A stretch of DNA of 64,000 bases from Clostridia bacterium (GTDB taxonomy: Bacteria; Bacillota; Clostridia; Oscillospirales; CAG-272): NCBI GenBank assembly GCA_017454675.1, contig JAFTCN010000053.1:4853-68852 (forward strand). The letters are read 5' to 3'. The notes beneath the pieces were generated by a model, which was given only the letters and a program-made list of their open reading frames with translations, made no database searches and was not told where the DNA came from. This document shows positions 18,651 through 28,405 of this stretch, piece after piece (the stretch's first letter is position 1; each line of letters starts with the position of its first letter). The position numbers and the translations under genes are program-made.

Positions 18651-20291
18651 TCACCTCGCTTTGCTTGTGAATGAGATACGCGGATCGACGGCTCCCATGA
18701 GAATGTCGCCGAGGATAAGCGAAACGATCGAGAGCAGCGAATAGAACAGTGTAAGTCCGACGATGACTCCGTTGTCGTTTGCGTTGATGGCGTTGGTCAG
18801 CAGGTTCCCCGTGCCGGGAACCAGGTACACACGCTCGGTGATGATGCCTCCGACGAGAGATCCGAGAACGCTGCCGGGAATGCCGTGTATGATCGGGATC
18901 GCGGCGTTTTTAAGGATATGCTTCGTGAAGATCTCACCTTCTGAAAGACCGCCCGACCTCGCGAACCTTACGTAATCGGAGTTCATCTGGTCTATCATGT
19001 ATCTGCGCAGCCATTTCATAAGTCCTGCGATCGACGGCAGAGACAGCGAAACGATCGGAAGGACATACATCTTCCAGCTCTCGTTGTTGACGTCGAGCGT
19101 GCTCGGCAGTCCGATGCTCCGCCCTATCGCCTGAAACATGAAGATATATGCCAGAGACGGCACGGCTATGATGAATATCACGTAGATAGTGCCGAGATTG
19201 TCGATCACCGTATCCTTTTTCTTTGCTATCAGTATCCCGAGCGGAACGCCGAGAAAATAAGATATGACGGTGGATATGATGCCTATGACGAACGAGAATC
19301 CTATCTTGGATTTGCTCGAGAGCCGGAGGTCGGTATTGGTGTAATCGTCGGTATAGCGTTCAATGGCGATCGGGTTCAGCTCCCTGGAGTTCTCCTGATA
19401 GGTGGCTGAGTGGAGGTCGTCGGCGCTGATCTCGGAGAAACCGGTCGGATAGTATGTGAACGCTTTGACCTGAGCGCCCTGCGAGACCGTCATAGTCTTG
19501 AAGACGTCGACGTCCTTGTTGACCGAATAGGAGGTACCCATACGGATGTTCAGGAGATTCTGATGGATGAACGGGAATCTGTTGTCGCAATAGACCAGAT
19601 ACTTGTGAAGAGTTCCGTTTCCGGTGATGGCGGGAGAGAATTTCACTTTCCCGTCGGGACCGGTATATGCAGGATCGTGAAGAGTAAACGAAAGCTTCCT
19701 CTCCCCGATATCAATTTCGGAGTTTACATAGTGGATGTTGTCCACCCAGAAGATGCGCGTGAAATATTTGAACATGCGGCTGATCAGAGGCACGTCTTTA
19801 TAGGCAAACAGTACCTGCTTGCCTCCGTTTGCCAGCTGCTGTGTTTTTGCCGAGTAGTAGTCGGCGTTAAGGCGCACGATCGTATATCCCTTCGACTGAT
19901 AGGCGTCAGCGAATTTACGGATGTATTCGGAAGCCTTCGGACTGTCGTCGGGAGCGAAGATATCGACAAATCTCTCTCCGTTTTTAACGGTCACCTTTGC
20001 TGTCGGAGCGATCTCGACGGCGGAAGCGCGTTCCTCCTCTGTGATCTCACCCGATCTTGTCAGCGACGCAAGGTAATCGTTGTATGTGACGTAATCGAGA
20101 TAGCCGTATTTTTCCCACTGTTCGTATTTGTAGGTCGTCCTGACGTTGCTGGATTTTTTGCTGAAAAGCGGGTCGCTGCCGAAGATCTTTTCTCTGTCTG
20201 TCAGCGAATATATCAGCAGCATGACGATGGCGACGACTATTATCACCGAGATCAGGCCGTGCAGCAGACGTCTTAGCAAATACTTTGTCAT
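18651..20291 (-). CDS. oppB: oligopeptide ABC permease OppB (AmiC-like, large extracellular domain)
   Basis: MTKYLLRRL, WLRRYMIDQMNSDYVRFARSGGLSE, ITERVY..PG.G, VDPRI. Confidence 0.9.
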   Translation of the reverse strand: MTKYLLRRLLHGLISVIIVVAIVMLLIYSLTDREKIFGSDPLFSKKSSNVRTTYKYEQWEKYGYLDYVTYNDYLASLTRSGEITEEERASAVEIAPTAKVTVKNGERFVDIFAPDDSPKASEYIRKFADAYQSKGYTIVRLNADYYSAKTQQLANGGKQVLFAYKDVPLISRMFKYFTRIFWVDNIHYVNSEIDIGERKLSFTLHDPAYTGPDGKVKFSPAITGNGTLHKYLVYCDNRFPFIHQNLLNIRMGTSYSVNKDVDVFKTMTVSQGAQVKAFTYYPTGFSEISADDLHSATYQENSRELNPIAIERYTDDYTNTDLRLSSKSKIGFSFVIGIISTVISYFLGVPLGILIAKKKDTVIDNLGTIYVIFIIAVPSLAYIFMFQAIGRSIGLPSTLDVNNESWKMYVLPIVSLSLPSIAGLMKWLRRYMIDQMNSDYVRFARSGGLSEGEIFTKHILKNAAIPIIHGIPGSVLGSLVGGIITERVYLVPGTGNLLTNAINANDNGVIVGLTLFYSLLSIVSLILGDILMGAVDPRISFTSKAR

Positions 20292-20314
20292 AATAAAAAT
20301 CTTCCCGAAAAATC

Positions 20315-20419
20315 ACACAGTAAGAGGACTCGGCGGAGACTACAGGTCTCACTCTTCATCCCCTTACTGTGTTGCATTATTTAATCAGTATGTTATTTCC
20401 CGGCAGGACCGGGAGATAA
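20315..20419 (-). other. structured intergenic region after oppA (stabilising or attenuating stem-loops)
   Basis: ACACAGTAAG (20315-20324) pairs with CTTACTGTGT (20363-20372) around an inner GAGAC/GTCTC hairpin; second hairpin TTATTTCCCGG-cagga-CCGGGAGATAA. Confidence 0.55.
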
Positions 20420-20428
20420 GCTCACCGA

Positions 20429-22597
20429 TCAATACAGACCGATGTTCTTGGCCATGCCGCCGGCCTGCGGAAGCATGGTGTCGAGGTAGGTCTGGGGATC
20501 GCCGAAGTCAGGGCCCCAGCCGCAGACGTCGACGATGTTGTAGTTCATGGTGTCACCGGTCTCCGGATAGTAGCCGGCGTTATACCAGTTGAGAGCGTTC
20601 GAACCGCCGGTCTTTACGAGAACGACCTCGACGAGTTTGCCGAGAGAGGTCTCGATCGACTGCTTGAGAGCGTTGGCTCTGGCGGTGTAGATCTCGTTGA
20701 TGTCATAGTACGGAATCTCAAGCTTTATCGGGGTCTTCTCGGTGACGGTGATGCCCTGCTCCGCAAGCTCTTCGACAGCCTTGGCCATGTAAGCCTTCGC
20801 GTTCTCGGCATTGTACCATCCGTCAAATCCGGCAGAGGAGCCTGCGCCCTCTTCCTTGGTGGGATCCCAGACCTTGATCTTGATGCCGTCGGCATCGATC
20901 TGGTCCTGCATGATCTGTCCGTAGTAGGTTCCGGCGGCGTAGGTCTTGTCGGTGCCGTTGATCTTTACGGTCGCGGCCTCGGGAAGAGATACGAAGTTGC
21001 CGGGAGTGTAGGAGTTAACGAGCGACGTGAGCTTGAGTTCGTCGCCGGTCGTCGTGGCGTTGTAGGCGCCGCGGTCGAGAGCGGTGCAGACGGCAAGCCT
21101 GAAGTTCTGGTTGCCCATCGCGATGTTGGTACGGTTCTTCTGGTTGTCAGAGAGAGTCGTCGGAGCGATCGTGGGATCGTCGTAGTTGCCGTACTGAGCG
21201 CGGTAGAGGTTGAGGAACATCGGGTAGGAAGTCGCATCGGTGGCGGAGACGTAGGCGTACTCGTCAAAGAGTCCGTCGGCCTTGCACTTCGCGAGAGCCT
21301 GGGTGTTGAGGCCGGCGCCGGCGAATTTGCCTTCCTTGAACTTGTCGTAGCCGAATGTCGGGTTGGAACCGTCGGAGAATGTCCAGGTGATCTTCTTGAG
21401 CGTGACGGCGTCCTTGGCGTAGAACTTGTCATTGAGCTCGAAGACGATGCTGTTCTTCTCGGTGGCGGAAGTTACGAGATAAGCGCCGCAGTAAGCGATA
21501 TCGTTCGGGGTCTTGCCGTAGGTGTAAGCGTCGCTCTTGGCCTTTTCGGCAAATTCGTCAACGCCGAACACACCGCCCTTGGCAGCAAACTGGACCTCGC
21601 TCAGAGGAGCGAAGATGTTGTAGCCGAACATGGTGAGGAAGTAGGTGCAGGGGGCCTCGAGAGTATACTCAAGAGTATAATCGTCAACAGCCTTTACGCC
21701 GACCTGCGAGAAGTCGGTGATCTCCTTGCTCATGTAGGCGTCGGCATTCTTGATGATGCCGCTGACGAGGTACTCAAGTCCGCCCTGGGCGTCGAGCATG
21801 TGGTGCATGGCGGCCACGAAGGACTTGGCGGTAACGGGCTCAAGAACTCTGCCCTGAGAGTCGACCCAGTCGACGCCCTGGCGGATCTTGAAGGTGTAGG
21901 TAAGACCGTCGGCGGAAACGGTGGGCATCTCGGCGGCGAGAGCGGGCTTCAGCTCATTCTCAACATCATACTCGAGAAGTCCGGTATAGGTGTTGATGAT
22001 GGCTTCGGAGTCAGCCGAACGGTAGGTGTTGAAGGCGTCCCAGGTCTGAGGGTCAGAGGTGTAGCCGTACTCGTAGGTATCCTGGAAGGTGTAGCCCTTT
22101 CCGGTGAGGTACTTCTTGGCTTCCTCATAGTAGGTGCCGGTGCCCTTCTTGGCGTTCCAGAGAGCTTTGAGTTCGTTTCTCTCGGCAGCCTTGATCGGCT
22201 TGTCGCCCGCAACGATCAGGAGCCTGTAGTATCTGTAGGAGTCATTGCCCCACAGAACAGGCGTCGCGGTATAGGGAGCGACTTTGGAGATGGCGTAGTT
22301 GCCGCCCTTGGAAGTGGACGGGAGCATAACGCCGGATTCGAGAAGCTTTGCCTCGGCGATGGCCATGAGGGCAAATCTTTCGGCAACGGTCTTGGCTTCC
22401 TTTGCAGCCTTGTAAGCGGTATCGAACTCGCCGAGAACCTTCTCGTAGATTTCGTCGGAGATCTCAGCATGGGTCTTTCCCGCGTAAGGATCGGAAACAA
22501 TACCGCCTGCCTTCTCGGGATCGCTGCAGGCCGCGAATGACGCCGCAAGCATCACAAGCACGAGAGCGACCGAGATCAGTTTCATGAGTTTCTTCAT
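20429..22597 (-). CDS. oppA: oligopeptide-binding lipoprotein (AmiA/AliA-like), apparently circularly permuted
   Basis: Lipobox FAA-C24; GLLEYD, PALA, VSADGLTYTFKIRQG, VGVKAVDDYTLEYTL, NQNFRLA, WGPDFGDPQTYLD; strongly biased codon usage. Confidence 0.9.
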   Translation of the reverse strand: MKKLMKLISVALVLVMLAASFAACSDPEKAGGIVSDPYAGKTHAEISDEIYEKVLGEFDTAYKAAKEAKTVAERFALMAIAEAKLLESGVMLPSTSKGGNYAISKVAPYTATPVLWGNDSYRYYRLLIVAGDKPIKAAERNELKALWNAKKGTGTYYEEAKKYLTGKGYTFQDTYEYGYTSDPQTWDAFNTYRSADSEAIINTYTGLLEYDVENELKPALAAEMPTVSADGLTYTFKIRQGVDWVDSQGRVLEPVTAKSFVAAMHHMLDAQGGLEYLVSGIIKNADAYMSKEITDFSQVGVKAVDDYTLEYTLEAPCTYFLTMFGYNIFAPLSEVQFAAKGGVFGVDEFAEKAKSDAYTYGKTPNDIAYCGAYLVTSATEKNSIVFELNDKFYAKDAVTLKKITWTFSDGSNPTFGYDKFKEGKFAGAGLNTQALAKCKADGLFDEYAYVSATDATSYPMFLNLYRAQYGNYDDPTIAPTTLSDNQKNRTNIAMGNQNFRLAVCTALDRGAYNATTTGDELKLTSLVNSYTPGNFVSLPEAATVKINGTDKTYAAGTYYGQIMQDQIDADGIKIKVWDPTKEEGAGSSAGFDGWYNAENAKAYMAKAVEELAEQGITVTEKTPIKLEIPYYDINEIYTARANALKQSIETSLGKLVEVVLVKTGGSNALNWYNAGYYPETGDTMNYNIVDVCGWGPDFGDPQTYLDTMLPQAGGMAKNIGLY

Positions 22598-22640
22598 GAT
22601 TGGGTTTATTCCTCCTGAGAATAATATTGGTTTTCGAAGT

Positions 22641-22669
22641 ATTATACCTCAAACGCAACAGAATGTCAA
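22641..22669 (-). promoter_or_regulatory. promoter of the opp operon
   Basis: Minus strand TTGACA (22669-22664), 17 bp, TATAAT (22646-22641): perfect consensus. Confidence 0.85.
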
Positions 22670-22875
22670 GAATAAAATGATAAAAATGAAAGTACGGTAC
22701 TAAAATTATTCACCGGGAGACTCTTTTTTTGACTGAAACGGGGCAAATACCCGGTTTTCGCTGCCGCCTGCGGATAATCAGCCGCCCGTCCTGGTCTTTC
22801 TCCGGCCTGCGGCAGGTCCCGCACACCGGCGACTCACCGTCCGTTCGGACACCGTATGAAATAAAGCAAAAACAG

Positions 22876-22904
22876 TTGACAAATAACCGGAAAAAGTATA
22901 TACT
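22876..22904 (+). promoter_or_regulatory. promoter of valS
   Basis: TTGACA (22876-22881), 17 bp, TATACT (22899-22904). Confidence 0.75.
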
Positions 22905-23043
22905 ATAATCAGAAAAAAATTTATAAACGAAGCCGCCGTGTGTTTCAGGGATCCTTCCCTAACCAGGAACATGCCGGAGCGGTCCGCAGGTGCGGATCCG
23001 TGACGGTCCGCACCGAAGACGCGCGGCTGCGAAAGGAACCCGT

Positions 23044-25719
23044 ATGAACGATTCAGCACACGAGCTGCCGAAGACCTACGACCCCGCGGGATTCGAAGAC
23101 CGCATTTACGCGATGTGGATGGAAAAGGGCTACTTCACGCCCGATCCCGCCGACACGAGACCTCCCTTCTGCGTCGTCATCCCGCCTCCCAACGTGACGG
23201 GACAGCTCCACATGGGCCACGCCCTCGACGAGACCCTTCAGGACATACTCGTAAGATACAAAAGAATGAAAGGTTTCGACACCCTCTGGGTGCCGGGGAC
23301 CGACCACGCCGGCATCGCCACCCAGATCAAGGTTGAAGAACGCCTGAGAGTCGAAGAGGGACTTTCACGCTTCGACCTGGGACGCGAGGAATTCCTCCGC
23401 AGAGTCTGGGACTGGAAGGCGAAATACGGCACGAGGATCATAAGCCAGCTCCAGAAGCTCGGATCGTCGTGCGACTTCACCAGAGAAGCCTTCACGATGT
23501 CCGACAGACTTTCCGCCGCCGTAAAAAAGGTATTCGTAAAGCTTTATAACGACGGCCTTATCTACAGAGGACTCCGCATAACAAACCTCTGCCCGCACTG
23601 CAACACCGTCATTTCCGACGCCGAGGTCGACTACCGCGAGATAGAAGGCGCCTTCTGGCATATCAGATATCCCGTCAAGGGAGAGCCCGGACATTATGTG
23701 ACCGTCGCGACGACGAGGCCCGAGACTATGCTCGGCGACACCGCCGTGGCCGTCGCTCCCGGGGACGCCCGCTTCTCGGATCTCGTCGGAAAGACGCTCA
23801 TACTCCCGCTCGTAGGGCGCGAGATACCCGTCATCGAGGACGAGAACGTCGATCCCGGATTCGGCACCGGCTGCGTCAAGATCACGCCCGCCCACGACCC
23901 GAACGACTATGAGACCGGGCTCCGCCACGGACTCGAGAACATCATCGTCATAGACAACACCGCACACATCAACGAGAACGGCGGAAAATACGCCGGCCTC
24001 GACAGATTTGAGGCGAGGAAGAAGATCGTCGCAGATCTCGAGGCGGAGGGACTGCTCGTCAAGGTCGAGAAGTGCATGCACAGCGTCGGCCACTGCTACA
24101 GATGCGGCACGGTCCTCGAACCCGTCGCGTCCCGTCAGTGGTTCGTGAAGATGAAGCCGCTCGCCGAACCGGCGATCGAGTGCGTGCGCCGCGGCGATAC
24201 CTCATTTATCCCGGAGAGATTCTCGAAGAACTACTTCAACTGGATGGAGAACATCAAGGACTGGTGCATCTCAAGGCAGCTCTGGTGGGGCCACCGCATT
24301 CCCGCTTACTACTGCGGACACTGCGGCGAGGTCACGGTCTCCGAAGACGACGTCACGGTCTGCCCGAAGTGCGGCGGACACGATATCAGACAGGACGACG
24401 ACGTGCTCGACACCTGGTTCTCCTCCGCTCTGTGGCCTTTCACGACGCTCGGATGGCCCGATTCCGATGCCGACCTGAAAAAATACTATCCCACTTCCGT
24501 CCTCGTCACCGGATACGACATCATAACCTTCTGGGTCTCGAAAATGATCTTCATGGGACTGAAGTTCATGGGCGAGAAGCCGTTCTCGCACGTCTTCATC
24601 CACGGTCTTGTCCGCGACGCCGAAGGCAGAAAAATGTCAAAATCGCTCGGCAACGGCATAGACCCGCTCGAGATCATCGACAAGTACGGCGCCGACGCCC
24701 TGCGCTTCGCGCTTGCCACCGGAAACAGCCCCGGAAACGACATGCGCTTCTCCAACGAGAAGATCGAAGCGGCGAGGAATTTCGCGAACAAGCTCTGGAA
24801 CGCGTCGAGATTCGTTCGAATGAACCTGAAGGGTGACGAGGAAGGTCTTCCCTCCCCCGGCGCGATGTCGGCCGAGGACAGATGGATACTCGACCGCTTC
24901 GAACGCCTGACCGCATCGGTGACGTCGAACCTCGACAGATACGAGATAGGCATAGCCCTGTCGTCGGTATACGATTTCACCTGGGACATCTTCTGCGACT
25001 GGTACATCGAACTGTCGAAATCAAGACTCACCGGCAGGACCGGCACCGAAGCCGACAGGGACGCCGCCGCGAGAGTGCTGCTCTTCGTGCTCCGCGGGAT
25101 CCTCAAGCTGCTGCATCCGTTCATGCCGTTCATCACCGAAGAGATCTACATGTCGCTGCCGAGGCCGGCTTCCGAGCCCGAGAGCATCATGATCTCCTCT
25201 TTCCCCGAATTCGACGAAAAGCTCCTCTTCCCTGAGGATTCCGGCGACATCGAGAGGATCATAGCCGTCATCAAGGCAGTCAGGGCCCGCAGAAAAGAGA
25301 TGAACGTGCCGGCGTCGAAGAAAACGCGCATGTTCATAAAGAGCACCTTCCCCTGCTTCGGACGCCGCTCGTATCCCTTCTTCGAGCGTCTGGCTTCGGT
25401 CTCCGAGGCGGCGGACGCCGGGAGTGCGGATGAGATCGGCGGGGACGGCTTCGTCCAGATCGTCACCGATTCGGCGACCGTTTTCCTCCCGCTCGACGAG
25501 CTCGTCGACACCGAAAAGGAAAAGGCAAGGCTCACGGCCGAGACCGAGCGTCTGAAGGGAGAGATCGCGAGGGCCGAGGCAAAGCTCGCGAATCCCGGAT
25601 TCACATCGAAAGCCCCCGAAAAAGTCGTCGAGAACGAACGCGGCAAGCTTCTCAGGCTCAAAGAAACATACGCCGCGTCACTGGACGCCCTGTCAAAACT
25701 CGGACACCCAAATCACTAA
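23044..25719 (+). CDS. valS: valine--tRNA ligase
   Basis: PPPNVTGQLHMGHA (HIGH), GTDHAGIATQ, ATTRPETMLGD, WCISRQLWWGH, KMSKS, C-terminal coiled coil; ATG at 23044 after GAAAGGA. Confidence 0.98.
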   Translation: MNDSAHELPKTYDPAGFEDRIYAMWMEKGYFTPDPADTRPPFCVVIPPPNVTGQLHMGHALDETLQDILVRYKRMKGFDTLWVPGTDHAGIATQIKVEERLRVEEGLSRFDLGREEFLRRVWDWKAKYGTRIISQLQKLGSSCDFTREAFTMSDRLSAAVKKVFVKLYNDGLIYRGLRITNLCPHCNTVISDAEVDYREIEGAFWHIRYPVKGEPGHYVTVATTRPETMLGDTAVAVAPGDARFSDLVGKTLILPLVGREIPVIEDENVDPGFGTGCVKITPAHDPNDYETGLRHGLENIIVIDNTAHINENGGKYAGLDRFEARKKIVADLEAEGLLVKVEKCMHSVGHCYRCGTVLEPVASRQWFVKMKPLAEPAIECVRRGDTSFIPERFSKNYFNWMENIKDWCISRQLWWGHRIPAYYCGHCGEVTVSEDDVTVCPKCGGHDIRQDDDVLDTWFSSALWPFTTLGWPDSDADLKKYYPTSVLVTGYDIITFWVSKMIFMGLKFMGEKPFSHVFIHGLVRDAEGRKMSKSLGNGIDPLEIIDKYGADALRFALATGNSPGNDMRFSNEKIEAARNFANKLWNASRFVRMNLKGDEEGLPSPGAMSAEDRWILDRFERLTASVTSNLDRYEIGIALSSVYDFTWDIFCDWYIELSKSRLTGRTGTEADRDAAARVLLFVLRGILKLLHPFMPFITEEIYMSLPRPASEPESIMISSFPEFDEKLLFPEDSGDIERIIAVIKAVRARRKEMNVPASKKTRMFIKSTFPCFGRRSYPFFERLASVSEAADAGSADEIGGDGFVQIVTDSATVFLPLDELVDTEKEKARLTAETERLKGEIARAEAKLANPGFTSKAPEKVVENERGKLLRLKETYAASLDALSKLGHPNH

Positions 25720-25746
25720 TATACAGTTAAAAAGGAGAACGCTCTG

Positions 25747-26748
25747 ATGAAAAAAGCACTTTCTTCGATCCTGGCCGTCATAATGCTCGTCGCGCTCCTC
25801 ATTCCTGCCGCCGCGACCGAGACTTCCCCCGAGATCGACCTCTACACCCCCGCCGCCGACGGCGACCTGCTCTACACCGTCAACTTCACGGGCGACAGCA
25901 TGTACGAGCCCGGAAGATCCGTCTTCGCGGACGCCGACGTCGAGGTGACTCTTGACCAGCTCGACACCGGCAAAGTCACACTCAAGGGCCTGACTGACAA
26001 AGCTCAGGGCCGCTGGGGCGCCGAAGTCAAGGGACTCCCGCTCAACGAGAAGACAGCCTACACGCTCTACTACACCGTCACCAGATCGAGCACGATCAAC
26101 GAGAAGGATCCCGCGCTCGGGATCGCCGTCGACGACGTCTTCGGATTCTACGGCTATTCATACAACACGAGATTCCTTGAGAAAGGCAAGACGCTCGCCG
26201 GCCACAGCACCATCAAGTACGTCGACTCCGGCATCGCCGCCGAAGGCGATACCTACTCCACCGGCGAGAGCGTTCAGCACTACGCCCTCGAAGTAAACGG
26301 CCAGAAGGTCACGATGAAACTCTTCGTCATGGACAACACCGGAGCCTGGGTCCTCGCCGACGAGACGAAGGAAGGCGAAGTCCTTGTGTTCTACACAGAT
26401 AACATCGGCGTATTCTTCTACGTTTATTACATCAACATGGCCGTGACGATCAGCGACGTCACCATCCACAAGGGCATGAACATCTCGAAGGAGAAACTCC
26501 TCGATGTCGTCGAAACCGATCCGCCCGCGACAACAAAGACTCCGAAGACCGAAGCTCCGGTCACCACATCCGCCCCCGGGACCGATGCGCCGACCGAAGC
26601 AGGCGACGTCACCACTGCCGCTCCTGTCGTCACCACTGCAGCACCCGCCAGGGAAGAGGGCGGCTGCAAGTCGTTCGCCGCTCCCTCGGCCATCGTATTT
26701 GCGATAGCCGCCGGCGCGATCATGATCGGCAAAAAGAAACGCCGCTGA
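25747..26748 (+). CDS. secreted/surface protein with Thr/Pro/Ala linker and C-terminal GGC-TM-basic tail
   Basis: Signal peptide ending IPAAA; beta-rich domain; TTAAP-rich linker; EEGGCKSF, hydrophobic helix, KKKRR; RBS AAGGAG. Confidence 0.8.
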   Translation: MKKALSSILAVIMLVALLIPAAATETSPEIDLYTPAADGDLLYTVNFTGDSMYEPGRSVFADADVEVTLDQLDTGKVTLKGLTDKAQGRWGAEVKGLPLNEKTAYTLYYTVTRSSTINEKDPALGIAVDDVFGFYGYSYNTRFLEKGKTLAGHSTIKYVDSGIAAEGDTYSTGESVQHYALEVNGQKVTMKLFVMDNTGAWVLADETKEGEVLVFYTDNIGVFFYVYYINMAVTISDVTIHKGMNISKEKLLDVVETDPPATTKTPKTEAPVTTSAPGTDAPTEAGDVTTAAPVVTTAAPAREEGGCKSFAAPSAIVFAIAAGAIMIGKKKRR

Positions 26749-26767
26749 CCGAAGCGCCGCATAGCTG

Positions 26768-26807
26768 AAACATCCCCGCCTGATGATCCGGCGGGGATGT
26801 TTATTTT
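26768..26807. terminator. intrinsic terminator between convergent genes
   Basis: AAACATCCCCGCC-loop-GGCGGGGATGTTT followed by ATTTT. Confidence 0.85.
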
Positions 26808-26820
26808 AAGAGGAAGTGAT

Positions 26821-28329
26821 TCAAACGGTGTGGACACCGAGCGCGGGGTCTGAGTGGCTGCCGTCGAGCGCATATCTGCGGGCCTTGCGGTATTCAAAGA
26901 ACTCCTTTGCGGTATTCTCGAACAGCGCGTATGTCAGCACGTCCTCCTCCTGCTCGTACCAGGGCTCTATCTCCCCGCGCAGCCTGTCGAGCTCGGACAG
27001 AGGCGAGTCGGCCTGACTCTCTGTCTTCACCGCCTCATTTTCCGTCATGACCGCGTCGTCTCCCACTACGGCAAAGAGCACATCGCTCTTAATCCTTGCG
27101 GGAGTCCTTCCGTATTCTCCGCGAAGCAGAGCCTTGAATTCCTTGGTCACGACCTTGTATCTCGACCCGGAGATCACGTTGAGCACAGCCTGGGTACCCA
27201 CGATCTGCGACGAAGGAGTGACGAGCGGCGGATATCCGGCGTCGGCCCGCACCCTCGGCACCTCGTCGAGGACGGCCGGCAGGAGGTCAGACTTGCCCTG
27301 CGACGCCAGCTGTGACACCAGGTTCGACAGCATGCCTCCCGGCACCTGATAGCGCAGAGCGTTGACGTCGACTCCGAGCACCTTGTCGCTGATAAGGCCT
27401 TCCGCGATATACTTCTTCCGCAGTCCGGCGAAATACTCGGCCACCGGCCCGAGCTTCGAGAGCGAGAGCCCGGTGTCGTATGGGGTGCCGGCGAGTGCCG
27501 CGACGAGCGATTCGGTCGACGGATGCGAAGTCCCCTGCGAGAGCGGGGATATCGCGCAGTCGACGACGTCGGCGCCGGCTTCGATGGCCTTCAGCTGGGT
27601 CATCGAGGCAAGACCTGCCGTCGCGTGCGTGTGAACGGTCACATCGAGAGACACCGCCTTCTTTATCTCTGTCACGAGCTCGTAAGCATCGTACGGCCGG
27701 AGCAGACCAGCCATGTCCTTTATGCATATCGAATCGGCGCCCATTTCCTGCAGGACCTTCGCGTAGGCGGCAAAAGACCCGTTGCTGTGCACCGGACTCG
27801 TGGTATAGCTTATGGCGGCCTGGCAGTGTCCGCCGTATTTTTTTATCGCCTTTATCGAAGTCTCAAGATTGCGCGGGTCGTTGAGCGCGTCGAAGATCCT
27901 GATGATGTCGATCCCGTTGTCGATCGACTTTGCCGCGAAGGCCTCGACGACCTCGTCGGGATAGTGACGGTATCCCAGGATGTTCTGCCCGCGGAAGAGC
28001 ATCTGCAGCTTCGTGTTTTTCACATGAGTCCTGATGGTCCGCAGACGCTCCCAGGGGTCTTCGTGAAGAAAACGCAGGCAGGCGTCGAAGGTGGCTCCTC
28101 CCCAGCATTCGAGCGAATAAAATCCCGCTTCGTCGAGCATCTCGAGCACAGGCAGCATGTCGGCCGTGCTCATTCTCGTCGCCAGCAGCGACTGATGGGC
28201 GTCGCGCAGGGCGGTCTCGGTTATCCTGATCCTTTTTCCGGCAGCCGGGGAAACGGTTCCTCCGTCCCGGCCGGCATCACGGGCTTCGGTCAGTTTTTCG
28301 TCGGATCCGGTGATATCTGGTATTTCCAT
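26821..28329 (-). CDS. oadA: oxaloacetate decarboxylase alpha / pyruvate carboxyltransferase subunit (no fused biotin domain)
   Basis: LRDAHQSL, ECWGGATFD, EDPWERL, CIKDMAG, HTHAT, QVPGGMLSNL, YPPLVTPSSQIVG. Confidence 0.9.
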   Translation of the reverse strand: MEIPDITGSDEKLTEARDAGRDGGTVSPAAGKRIRITETALRDAHQSLLATRMSTADMLPVLEMLDEAGFYSLECWGGATFDACLRFLHEDPWERLRTIRTHVKNTKLQMLFRGQNILGYRHYPDEVVEAFAAKSIDNGIDIIRIFDALNDPRNLETSIKAIKKYGGHCQAAISYTTSPVHSNGSFAAYAKVLQEMGADSICIKDMAGLLRPYDAYELVTEIKKAVSLDVTVHTHATAGLASMTQLKAIEAGADVVDCAISPLSQGTSHPSTESLVAALAGTPYDTGLSLSKLGPVAEYFAGLRKKYIAEGLISDKVLGVDVNALRYQVPGGMLSNLVSQLASQGKSDLLPAVLDEVPRVRADAGYPPLVTPSSQIVGTQAVLNVISGSRYKVVTKEFKALLRGEYGRTPARIKSDVLFAVVGDDAVMTENEAVKTESQADSPLSELDRLRGEIEPWYEQEEDVLTYALFENTAKEFFEYRKARRYALDGSHSDPALGVHTV

Positions 28330-28405
28330 GGTAAATGATTCCTTTCGGAGCTGCGAGGCCGGGATGATCCCGGTCGGTATTCAGGTGATGACGCGTTTCC
28401 GCCGG

